DNA of 64,000 nucleotides from Escherichia coli (GTDB lineage Bacteria; Pseudomonadota; Gammaproteobacteria; Enterobacterales; Enterobacteriaceae): NCBI RefSeq assembly GCF_003334305.1, contig NZ_QOWS01000017.1; one strand, 5' to 3'. Shown piece by piece: positions 56,409 to 64,000 of this stretch (position 1 is its first letter; each line of letters starts with the position of its first letter). The notes under the pieces were generated by a model. It saw only the letters and a program-made list of their open reading frames with translations, ran no database searches and was not told where the DNA came from. The position numbers and the translations under genes were made by a program.

Positions 56409-57995
56409 TCAGTTTTTCAGCCGCCGCCAGAACGTCGTCCGGCTTATGCCTAAATAATTCGCCGCTGCTGTTTTATCGCCTTTAAATTTCTCCAGTGCCT
56501 GTTGTGGTGTCAGTAAGCGTGGAGCGGGAATTTTCGCCGACTCGCGCGCCAGCTCCGGCAGTAGCAGTTGCATAAACTGCGGCGTTAAATCCGGCGTCGG
56601 TTCCACACTTAAAAACAGCGCCAGTCGTTCCATCATATTGCGCAGTTCACGAATATTGCCTGGCCAGTCGTAGTGCACCAGCACGGTTTCGCTTGCCTGT
56701 AATCCCTGGCGTAATGCGGCAGAAAACGGGGCGGAGAGCGCCGCCAGAGACACTTTCAAAAAGCTTTCCGCCAGCGGAAGAATATCCGCCACCCGCTCGC
56801 GCAGTGGTGGCAATTGCAGACGCAAAATACTCAGCCGATAAAACAGATCACGGCGAAACTGCCCTTGCCGCATATCTTCTTCCAGATTGCAGTGAGTGGC
56901 GCTAATGACCCGCACATCCACCGGAACAGGCTGATGCCCGCCGACGCGAGTAACCTCTTTTTCTTCCAGCACCCGTAACAGGCGAGTCTGCAAAGGTAGC
57001 GGCATTTCGCCAATCTCATCCAGAAACAGCGTACCGCCGTGGGCAATTTCGAACAGCCCGGCGCGACCTCCGCGTCGCGAGCCGGTAAACGCCCCTTCCT
57101 CATAGCCAAACAGCTCCGCTTCCAGCAGCGATTCGGCTATCGCCCCGCAGTTGACGGCAACAAACGGATGCGACTTTTTGCCCTGTCGCGCATCGTGGCG
57201 GGCAAAATATTCCCGATGAATCGCCTGGGCCGCCAGCTCTTTGCCCGTCCCCGTTTCCCCTTCAATCAACACCGCCGCACTGGAGCGGGCATACAGCAAA
57301 ATAGTCTGCCGTACTTGTTCCATCTGTGGTGATTGACCGAGCATATCGCCCAGCACGTAACGAGTTCTCAGGGCGTTGCGGGTGGCATCGTGAGTGTTAT
57401 GGCGTAACGACATGCGCGTCATATCCAGCGCATCGCTGAACGCCTGGCGCACGGTGACGGCGGAATAGATAAAAATTCCGGTCATTCCGGCTTCTTCTGC
57501 CAGATCGGTAATCAGCCCCGCACCGACCACCGCTTCGGTGCCGTTAGCTTTCAGCTCATTAATCTGCCCGCGCGCGTCTTCTTCGGTAATGTAGCTACGT
57601 TGATCGAGGCGCAGATTAAAGGTTTTTTGAAACGCCACCAGTGCCGGAATAGTTTCCTGATAAGTGACAACGCCGATAGAAGAGGTGAGCTTTCCGGCTT
57701 TTGCCAGTGCCTGTAACACATCGTAGCCGCTCGGTTTAATCAAAATAACTGGCACTGACAGGCGGCTTTTCAGGTACGCGCCGTTAGAGCCAGCGGCGAT
57801 GACGGCGTCGCAGCGTTCGTTTGCCAGTTTCTTGCGGATATAGGTCACTGCTTTTTCAAAGCCAAGCTGGATAGGGGTAATGTTCGCCAGGTGATCAAAC
57901 TCGAGGCTGATATCGCGAAACAGCTCGAACAGGCGCGTTACAGATACCGTCCAGATAACCGGTTTGTCGTCATTAAGCCGTGGTGGATGTGCCAT
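56409..57995 (-). CDS. prpR: sigma54-dependent activator of propionate catabolism PrpR
   Basis: 528 aa from ATG 57995 ([15 protein letters not shown]..). The AAA+ core is GETGTGKE .. GAFTG .. ESELFGY-type, and the C-terminal Fis-type HTH is [18 protein letters not shown]. Confidence 0.95.
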   Translation of the reverse strand: MAHPPRLNDDKPVIWTVSVTRLFELFRDISLEFDHLANITPIQLGFEKAVTYIRKKLANERCDAVIAAGSNGAYLKSRLSVPVILIKPSGYDVLQALAKAGKLTSSIGVVTYQETIPALVAFQKTFNLRLDQRSYITEEDARGQINELKANGTEAVVGAGLITDLAEEAGMTGIFIYSAVTVRQAFSDALDMTRMSLRHNTHDATRNALRTRYVLGDMLGQSPQMEQVRQTILLYARSSAAVLIEGETGTGKELAAQAIHREYFARHDARQGKKSHPFVAVNCGAIAESLLEAELFGYEEGAFTGSRRGGRAGLFEIAHGGTLFLDEIGEMPLPLQTRLLRVLEEKEVTRVGGHQPVPVDVRVISATHCNLEEDMRQGQFRRDLFYRLSILRLQLPPLRERVADILPLAESFLKVSLAALSAPFSAALRQGLQASETVLVHYDWPGNIRELRNMMERLALFLSVEPTPDLTPQFMQLLLPELARESAKIPAPRLLTPQQALEKFKGDKTAAANYLGISRTTFWRRLKN

Positions 57996-58038
57996 AGCGC
58001 ACCGCAAAGTTAAGAAACCGAATATTGGGTTTAGTCTT

Positions 58039-58096
58039 GTTTCATAATTGTTGCAATGAAACGCGGTGAAACATTGCCTGAAACGTTAACTGAAAC
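58039..58096. promoter_or_regulatory. PrpR enhancer (UAS): GTTTCAT-N10-ATGAAAC palindrome plus three further TGAAAC repeats
   Basis: GTTTCATaattgttgcaATGAAAC lies at 58039-58062. TGAAAC recurs at 58067, 58079 and 58091. The array is about 80-130 bp upstream of the sigma54 promoter. Confidence 0.7.
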
Positions 58097-58171
58097 GCAT
58101 ATTTGCGGATTAGTTCATGACTTTATTTATAACAAATTGAAATTAAACATTTAATTTTATTCAGTTAATTG

Positions 58172-58186
58172 TGGCACACCCCTTGC
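58172..58186 (+). promoter_or_regulatory. sigma54 (-24/-12) promoter of prpBCDE
   Basis: TGGCACaccccTTGC fits the consensus TGGCAC-N5-TTGC exactly. It lies 48 bp upstream of the prpB ATG. Confidence 0.88.
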
Positions 58187-58233
58187 TTTGTCTTTATCAA
58201 CGCAAGTAACAAGTTGATAACAAAGGATGGGCT

Positions 58234-59124
58234 ATGTCTCTACACTCTCCAGGTAAAGCGTTTCGCGCTGCACTGTCTAAAGAAAATCCATTGCAGATTG
58301 TTGGCACCATCAACGCTAATCATGCGCTGTTGGCGCAGCGTGCCGGATATCAGGCAATTTATCTCTCCGGCGGTGGCGTGGCGGCAGGTTCGCTGGGGCT
58401 GCCCGATCTCGGTATTTCTACCCTTGATGATGTGCTGACCGACATTCGCCGTATCACCGACGTTTGTTCGCTGCCGCTGCTGGTGGATGCGGATATCGGT
58501 TTTGGTTCTTCGGCCTTTAACGTGGCGCGTACGGTGAAATCGATGATTAAAGCCGGTGCGGCAGGATTGCATATTGAAGATCAGGTTGGTACGAAACGCT
58601 GCGGTCATCGCCCGAACAAAGCGATCGTCTCGAAAGAGGAGATGGTGGATCGGATCCGCGCGGCGGTGGATGCGAAAACCGATCCTGATTTTGTGATCAT
58701 GGCGCGCACCGATGCGCTGGCGGTAGAGGGGCTGGATGCGGCGATCGAGCGTGCACAGGCCTATGTTGAAGCGGGTGCCGAGATGTTGTTCCCGGAGGCG
58801 ATTACCGAACTCGCCATGTACCGCCAGTTTGCCGATGCGGTTCAGGTGCCAATCCTCGCCAACATTACCGAATTTGGTGCCACGCCGCTGTTTACCACCG
58901 ACGAATTACGCAGCGCCCATGTCGCAATGGCGCTGTACCCGCTTTCAGCGTTCCGCGCCATGAACCGCGCCGCTGAACATGTCTACAACGTCCTGCGCCA
59001 GGAAGGCACGCAGAAAAGCGTCATCGACACCATGCAGACCCGCAACGAACTGTACGAAAGCATCAACTACTACCAGTACGAAGAGAAGCTCGACGACCTG
59101 TTTGCCCGTAGCCAGGTGAAATAA
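58234..59124 (+). CDS. prpB: 2-methylisocitrate lyase PrpB
   Basis: 296 aa: [24 protein letters not shown].. with the isocitrate-lyase-family motif ..KRCGH... Confidence 0.96.
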   Translation: MSLHSPGKAFRAALSKENPLQIVGTINANHALLAQRAGYQAIYLSGGGVAAGSLGLPDLGISTLDDVLTDIRRITDVCSLPLLVDADIGFGSSAFNVARTVKSMIKAGAAGLHIEDQVGTKRCGHRPNKAIVSKEEMVDRIRAAVDAKTDPDFVIMARTDALAVEGLDAAIERAQAYVEAGAEMLFPEAITELAMYRQFADAVQVPILANITEFGATPLFTTDELRSAHVAMALYPLSAFRAMNRAAEHVYNVLRQEGTQKSVIDTMQTRNELYESINYYQYEEKLDDLFARSQVK

Positions 59125-59168
59125 AACACAACGAAAAATATCTCGACCCTACAAATGACGAGGACAAT

Positions 59169-60338
59169 ATGAGCGACACAACGATCCTGCAAAACAGTAC
59201 CCATGTCATTAAACCGAAAAAATCGGTGGCACTTTCCGGCTTTCCGGCGGGCAATACGGCGCTCTGCACCGTGGGTAAAAGTGGCAATGACCTGCATTAC
59301 CGTGGCTACGATATTCTTGATCTGGCGGAACATTGCGAATTTGAAGAAGTGGCTCATCTGCTGATCCACGGCAAACTGCCGACCCGTGACGAACTCGCCG
59401 CTTACAAAACGAAACTGAAAGCCCTGCGTGGTTTACCGGCTAACGTGCGTACCGTGCTGGAAGCCTTACCGGCGGCGTCACACCCGATGGATGTTATGCG
59501 CACCGGTGTTTCCGCGCTCGGCTGCACGCTGCCAGAAAAAGAGGGGCATACCGTCTCTGGCGCGCGGGATATTGCCGACAAACTGCTGGCGTCGCTTAGC
59601 TCGATTCTCCTTTATTGGTATCACTACAGCCACAACGGCGAACGCATCCAACCGGAAACCGATGACGACTCCATCGGCGGTCACTTCCTGCATCTGCTGC
59701 ACGGCGAAAAGCCATCGCAAAGCTGGGAAAAGGCGATGCATATCTCGCTGGTGCTGTACGCCGAACACGAGTTTAACGCCTCCACCTTTACCAGTCGGGT
59801 GATTGCGGGCACCGGCTCTGATATGTATTCCGCGATTATTGGCGCGATTGGCGCACTGCGCGGGCCAAAACACGGCGGGGCGAATGAAGTGTCGCTGGAG
59901 ATCCAGCAACGCTACGAAACGCCGGACGAAGCCGAAGCAGATATCCGCAAGCGCGTGGAAAACAAAGAAGTGGTCATTGGTTTTGGTCATCCGGTTTACA
60001 CCATCGCTGACCCGCGCCACCAGGTGATTAAACGTGTGGCGAAGCAGCTCTCGCAGGAAGGCGGCTCGCTGAAGATGTACAACATCGCCGATCGCCTGGA
60101 AACGGTGATGTGGGAGAGCAAAAAGATGTTCCCCAATCTCGACTGGTTCTCTGCTGTTTCCTACAACATGATGGGCGTTCCCACCGAGATGTTCACACCA
60201 CTGTTTGTTATCGCCCGCGTCACCGGCTGGGCGGCGCACATTATCGAACAACGTCAGGACAACAAAATTATCCGTCCTTCCGCCAATTATGTTGGACCGG
60301 AAGACCGCCCGTTTGTCGCGCTGGATAAGCGCCAGTAA
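59169..60338 (+). CDS. prpC: 2-methylcitrate synthase PrpC
   Basis: 389 aa with the citrate-synthase family signature ..GFGHPVYT.. and ..[11 protein letters not shown]... Confidence 0.96.
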   Translation: MSDTTILQNSTHVIKPKKSVALSGFPAGNTALCTVGKSGNDLHYRGYDILDLAEHCEFEEVAHLLIHGKLPTRDELAAYKTKLKALRGLPANVRTVLEALPAASHPMDVMRTGVSALGCTLPEKEGHTVSGARDIADKLLASLSSILLYWYHYSHNGERIQPETDDDSIGGHFLHLLHGEKPSQSWEKAMHISLVLYAEHEFNASTFTSRVIAGTGSDMYSAIIGAIGALRGPKHGGANEVSLEIQQRYETPDEAEADIRKRVENKEVVIGFGHPVYTIADPRHQVIKRVAKQLSQEGGSLKMYNIADRLETVMWESKKMFPNLDWFSAVSYNMMGVPTEMFTPLFVIARVTGWAAHIIEQRQDNKIIRPSANYVGPEDRPFVALDKRQ

Positions 60339-60371
60339 ACCTCTACGAATAACAATAAGGAAACGTACCCA

Positions 60372-61823
60372 ATGTCAGCTCAAATCAACAACATCCGCCC
60401 GGAATTTGATCGTGAAATCGTTGATATCGTCGATTACGTGATGAACTACGAAATCAGCTCTAAAGTGGCCTACGACACCGCACATTACTGCCTGCTCGAC
60501 ACGCTCGGCTGCGGTCTGGAAGCTCTCGAATACCCGGCCTGTAAAAAACTGCTGGGGCCAATTGTTCCCGGCACCGTCGTACCCAACGGCGTGCGCGTCC
60601 CCGGAACTCAGTTCCAGCTCGACCCCGTCCAGGCGGCATTTAACATCGGCGCGATGATCCGCTGGCTCGATTTCAACGATACCTGGCTGGCGGCGGAGTG
60701 GGGCCATCCTTCCGACAACCTCGGCGGCATTCTGGCAACGGCGGACTGGCTTTCGCGCAACGCGGTCGCCAGCGGCAAAGCGCCGTTGACCATGAAACAG
60801 GTGCTGACCGCAATGATCAAAGCCCATGAAATTCAGGGCTGCATCGCGCTGGAAAACTCCTTTAACCGCGTCGGCCTCGACCACGTTCTGTTAGTGAAAG
60901 TGGCTTCCACCGCCGTGGTCGCCGAAATGCTCGGCCTGACCCGCGAGGAAATTCTCAACGCCGTTTCGCTGGCGTGGGTGGACGGTCAGTCGCTGCGCAC
61001 CTATCGCCATGCGCCGAACACCGGCACGCGTAAATCCTGGGCGGCGGGCGATGCCACTTCCCGCGCGGTACGTCTGGCACTGATGGCGAAAACGGGCGAA
61101 ATGGGTTACCCGTCAGCCCTGACTGCGCCGGTGTGGGGCTTCTACGACGTCTCCTTTAAAGGTGAATCGTTCCGCTTCCAGCGCCCGTACGGTTCCTACG
61201 TTATGGAAAATGTGCTGTTCAAAATCTCCTTCCCGGCGGAGTTCCACTCCCAGACGGCAGTTGAAGCAGCGATGACGCTCTATGAACAGATGCAGGCAGC
61301 AGGCAAAACGGCGGCGGATATCGAAAAAGTGACCATTCGCACCCACGAAGCCTGTATTCGCATCATCGACAAAAAAGGACCGCTCAATAACCCGGCAGAC
61401 CGCGATCACTGCATTCAGTACATGGTGGCGATCCCGCTGCTGTTCGGGCGCTTAACGGCGGCAGATTACGAGGACAACGTGGCGCAAGATAAACGTATCG
61501 ACGCCCTGCGCGAGAAGATCAATTGCTTTGAAGATCCGGCGTTTACCGCTGACTACCACGACCCGGAAAAACGCGCCATCGCCAATGCCATTACCCTTGA
61601 GTTCACCGACGGCACACGATTTGAAGAAGTGGTGGTGGAGTACCCCATTGGTCATGCTCGCCGCCGTCAGGATGGTATTCCGAAACTGGTCGATAAATTC
61701 AAAATCAATCTCGCGCGCCAGTTCCCGACTCGCCAACAGCAGCGCATTCTGGAGGTTTCTCTCGACAGAACTCGCCTGGAACAGATGCCGGTCAATGAGT
61801 ATCTCGACCTGTACGTCATTTAA
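60372..61823 (+). CDS. prpD: 2-methylcitrate dehydratase PrpD
   Basis: 483 aa of the MmgE/PrpD family, in the expected position within prpBCDE. Confidence 0.95.
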   Translation: MSAQINNIRPEFDREIVDIVDYVMNYEISSKVAYDTAHYCLLDTLGCGLEALEYPACKKLLGPIVPGTVVPNGVRVPGTQFQLDPVQAAFNIGAMIRWLDFNDTWLAAEWGHPSDNLGGILATADWLSRNAVASGKAPLTMKQVLTAMIKAHEIQGCIALENSFNRVGLDHVLLVKVASTAVVAEMLGLTREEILNAVSLAWVDGQSLRTYRHAPNTGTRKSWAAGDATSRAVRLALMAKTGEMGYPSALTAPVWGFYDVSFKGESFRFQRPYGSYVMENVLFKISFPAEFHSQTAVEAAMTLYEQMQAAGKTAADIEKVTIRTHEACIRIIDKKGPLNNPADRDHCIQYMVAIPLLFGRLTAADYEDNVAQDKRIDALREKINCFEDPAFTADYHDPEKRAIANAITLEFTDGTRFEEVVVEYPIGHARRRQDGIPKLVDKFKINLARQFPTRQQQRILEVSLDRTRLEQMPVNEYLDLYVI

Positions 61824-61862
61824 GCAAACAGCGGTAAGGCGTAAGTTCAACAGGAGAGCATT

Positions 61863-63749
61863 ATGTCTTTTAGCGAATTTTATCAGCGTTCGATTAACGA
61901 ACCGGAGCAGTTCTGGGCCGAGCAGGCCCGGCGTATTGACTGGCAGACGCCCTTTACGCAAACGCTCGATCACAGCAATCCGCCGTTTGCCCGTTGGTTT
62001 TGTGAAGGCCGAACCAACTTGTGCCACAACGCTATCGACCGCTGGCTGGAGAAACAACCAGAGGCGCTGGCGCTGATTGCCGTCTCTTCGGAAACAGAAG
62101 AAGAGCGCACCTTTACCTTTCGTCAGCTTCATGACGAAGTAAACGCGGTGGCGTCAATGCTGCGCTCGCTGGGCGTGCAGCGTGGCGATCGGGTGCTGGT
62201 GTATATGCCGATGATTGCCGAAGCGCATATTACTCTGCTGGCCTGCGCGCGCATTGGCGCTATTCATTCGGTGGTGTTTGGGGGATTTGCCTCGCACAGC
62301 GTGGCGGCGCGAATTGATGATGCTAAACCGGTGCTGATTGTCTCGGCTGATGCCGGAGCGCGCGGTGGCAAAATCATTCCCTATAAAAAATTGCTCGACG
62401 ATGCGATAAGTCAGGCGCAGCACCAGCCACGCCATGTTTTGCTGGTGGATCGCGGGCTGGCGAAAATGGCACGCGTCAGCGGGCGGGATGTCGATTTCGC
62501 GTCGTTGCGCCATCAACACATCGGCGCGCGGGTACCGGTGGCGTGGCTGGAATCCAACGAAACCTCCTGCATTCTCTACACCTCCGGCACGACCGGCAAA
62601 CCTAAAGGCGTGCAGCGTGACGTCGGCGGATATGCGGTGGCGCTGGCGACCTCGATGGACACCATTTTTGGCGGCAAAGCGGGCGGTGTGTTCTTTTGTG
62701 CTTCGGATATCGGCTGGGTGGTGGGGCATTCGTATATCGTCTACGCGCCGCTGCTGGCGGGGATGGCGACTATCGTTTACGAAGGATTACCGACCTGGCC
62801 GGACTGCGGCGTGTGGTGGAAAATCGTCGAGAAATATCAGGTGAGCCGGATGTTCTCAGCGCCGACCGCCATTCGCGTGCTGAAAAAATTCCCTACCGCT
62901 GAAATTCGCAAACACGATCTCTCGTCGCTGGAAGTGCTCTATCTGGCTGGAGAACCGCTGGACGAGCCGACCGCCAGTTGGGTGAGCAATACGCTGGATG
63001 TGCCGGTCATCGACAACTACTGGCAGACCGAATCCGGCTGGCCGATTATGGCGATTGCTCGCGGTCTGGACGACAGGCCGACGCGTCTGGGAAGCCCCGG
63101 CGTGCCGATGTATGGCTATAACGTGCAGTTGCTTAATGAAGTCACCGGCGAACCGTGTGGCGTCAACGAGAAAGGGATGCTGGTGGTGGAAGGGCCGCTG
63201 CCGCCGGGGTGTATTCAGACCATCTGGGGCGATGACGACCGCTTTGTGAAGACGTACTGGTCGCTGTTTTCCCGTCCGGTGTACGCCACCTTTGACTGGG
63301 GCATCCGCGATGCTGACGGTTATCACTTTATTCTCGGGCGCACTGACGATGTGATTAACGTTGCCGGGCATCGGCTGGGCACGCGCGAGATTGAAGAGAG
63401 TATTTCCAGTCATCCGGGCGTTGCCGAAGTGGCGGTGGTTGGGGTGAAAGATGCGCTGAAAGGGCAGGTGGCGGTAGCGTTTGTCATTCCGAAAGAGAGC
63501 GACAGTCTGGAAGATCGTGATGTGGCGCATTCGCAAGAGAAGGCGATTATGGCGCTGGTGGACAGCCAGATTGGCAACTTTGGCCGCCCGGCGCACGTCT
63601 GGTTTGTCTCGCAATTGCCAAAAACGCGATCCGGAAAAATGCTGCGCCGCACGATCCAGGCGATTTGCGAAGGACGCGATCCTGGAGATCTGACGACCAT
63701 TGATGATCCAGCGTCGTTGGATCAGATCCGCCAGGCGATGGAAGAGTAA
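61863..63749 (+). CDS. prpE: propionyl-CoA synthetase PrpE
   Basis: 628 aa with acyl-adenylate-forming motifs YTSGTTGKPKG and ..TRSGKMLRR... Confidence 0.96.
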   Translation: MSFSEFYQRSINEPEQFWAEQARRIDWQTPFTQTLDHSNPPFARWFCEGRTNLCHNAIDRWLEKQPEALALIAVSSETEEERTFTFRQLHDEVNAVASMLRSLGVQRGDRVLVYMPMIAEAHITLLACARIGAIHSVVFGGFASHSVAARIDDAKPVLIVSADAGARGGKIIPYKKLLDDAISQAQHQPRHVLLVDRGLAKMARVSGRDVDFASLRHQHIGARVPVAWLESNETSCILYTSGTTGKPKGVQRDVGGYAVALATSMDTIFGGKAGGVFFCASDIGWVVGHSYIVYAPLLAGMATIVYEGLPTWPDCGVWWKIVEKYQVSRMFSAPTAIRVLKKFPTAEIRKHDLSSLEVLYLAGEPLDEPTASWVSNTLDVPVIDNYWQTESGWPIMAIARGLDDRPTRLGSPGVPMYGYNVQLLNEVTGEPCGVNEKGMLVVEGPLPPGCIQTIWGDDDRFVKTYWSLFSRPVYATFDWGIRDADGYHFILGRTDDVINVAGHRLGTREIEESISSHPGVAEVAVVGVKDALKGQVAVAFVIPKESDSLEDRDVAHSQEKAIMALVDSQIGNFGRPAHVWFVSQLPKTRSGKMLRRTIQAICEGRDPGDLTTIDDPASLDQIRQAMEE

Positions 63750-63756
63750 GGTATTG

Positions 63757-64000
<244 letters not shown>

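Noticed and set aside
59478-60251. 257-aa ORF on the minus strand
   Set aside because: It is antisense to prpC (citrate synthase family). It has no RBS and a biased R/H/G composition.
61452-62132. 226-aa minus-strand ORF and 182-aa plus-strand ORF (61528-62076) across the prpD/prpE junction
   Set aside because: They overlap the well-supported prpD 3' end and prpE 5' end in other frames. The peptides are low in complexity and I recognise no motif.

Overview
This window is Escherichia coli chromosome. It matches the K-12 map order ecpCBAR, ykgLOM, ykgR, eaeH, ykgA, rclCBA/rclR, ykgEFG (lutABC), ykgH, betABI/betT, pdeL (yahA), yahB to yahO, and prpR/prpBCDE. That order is from my memory of K-12, not from a search. 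The strain is not K-12. eaeH is one uninterrupted 1417-aa ORF with no IS3. ykgA and a neighbouring aldo-keto reductase are intact. Three accessory blocks sit at positions where I remember K-12 genes being adjacent. Block 1 (about 20.3-26.5 kb, between ykgH and betA) holds a FimB/FimE-family recombinase gene carrying an in-frame TGA. Next to it is a 278-bp candidate invertible switch bounded by perfect 16-bp inverted repeats, then two LuxR-type regulator genes and a 765-aa autotransporter. This resembles the ipuS/ipuR/upaE phase-variation locus of UPEC CFT073, but with an extra LuxR paralog and a broken local recombinase. Block 2 (about 32.4-37.1 kb, between betT and pdeL) holds a 1327-aa EhaA-like AIDA-type autotransporter. 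Block 3 (about 47.0-52.4 kb, between yahJ and yahK) holds an ASCH-domain gene and a four-gene LsrB/RbsB-like CUT2 sugar ABC transporter with no regulator or catabolic gene. The region I would examine most closely is Block 1, the switch, LuxR, LuxR, autotransporter module. The second is the uncharacterised yahB to yahJ cluster (LysR, ankyrin, DUF2877, FdrA-like, DUF1116, carbamate kinase, Tat-signal amidohydrolase). I found no tRNA, rRNA, CRISPR array, IS element or prophage gene. REP/BIME repeats follow yahG, yahO and prpE. Most long ORFs in the track that lie antisense to these genes look like GC-driven artefacts. All homology calls come from reading the translations and from memory of the protein families. 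No database search was run.
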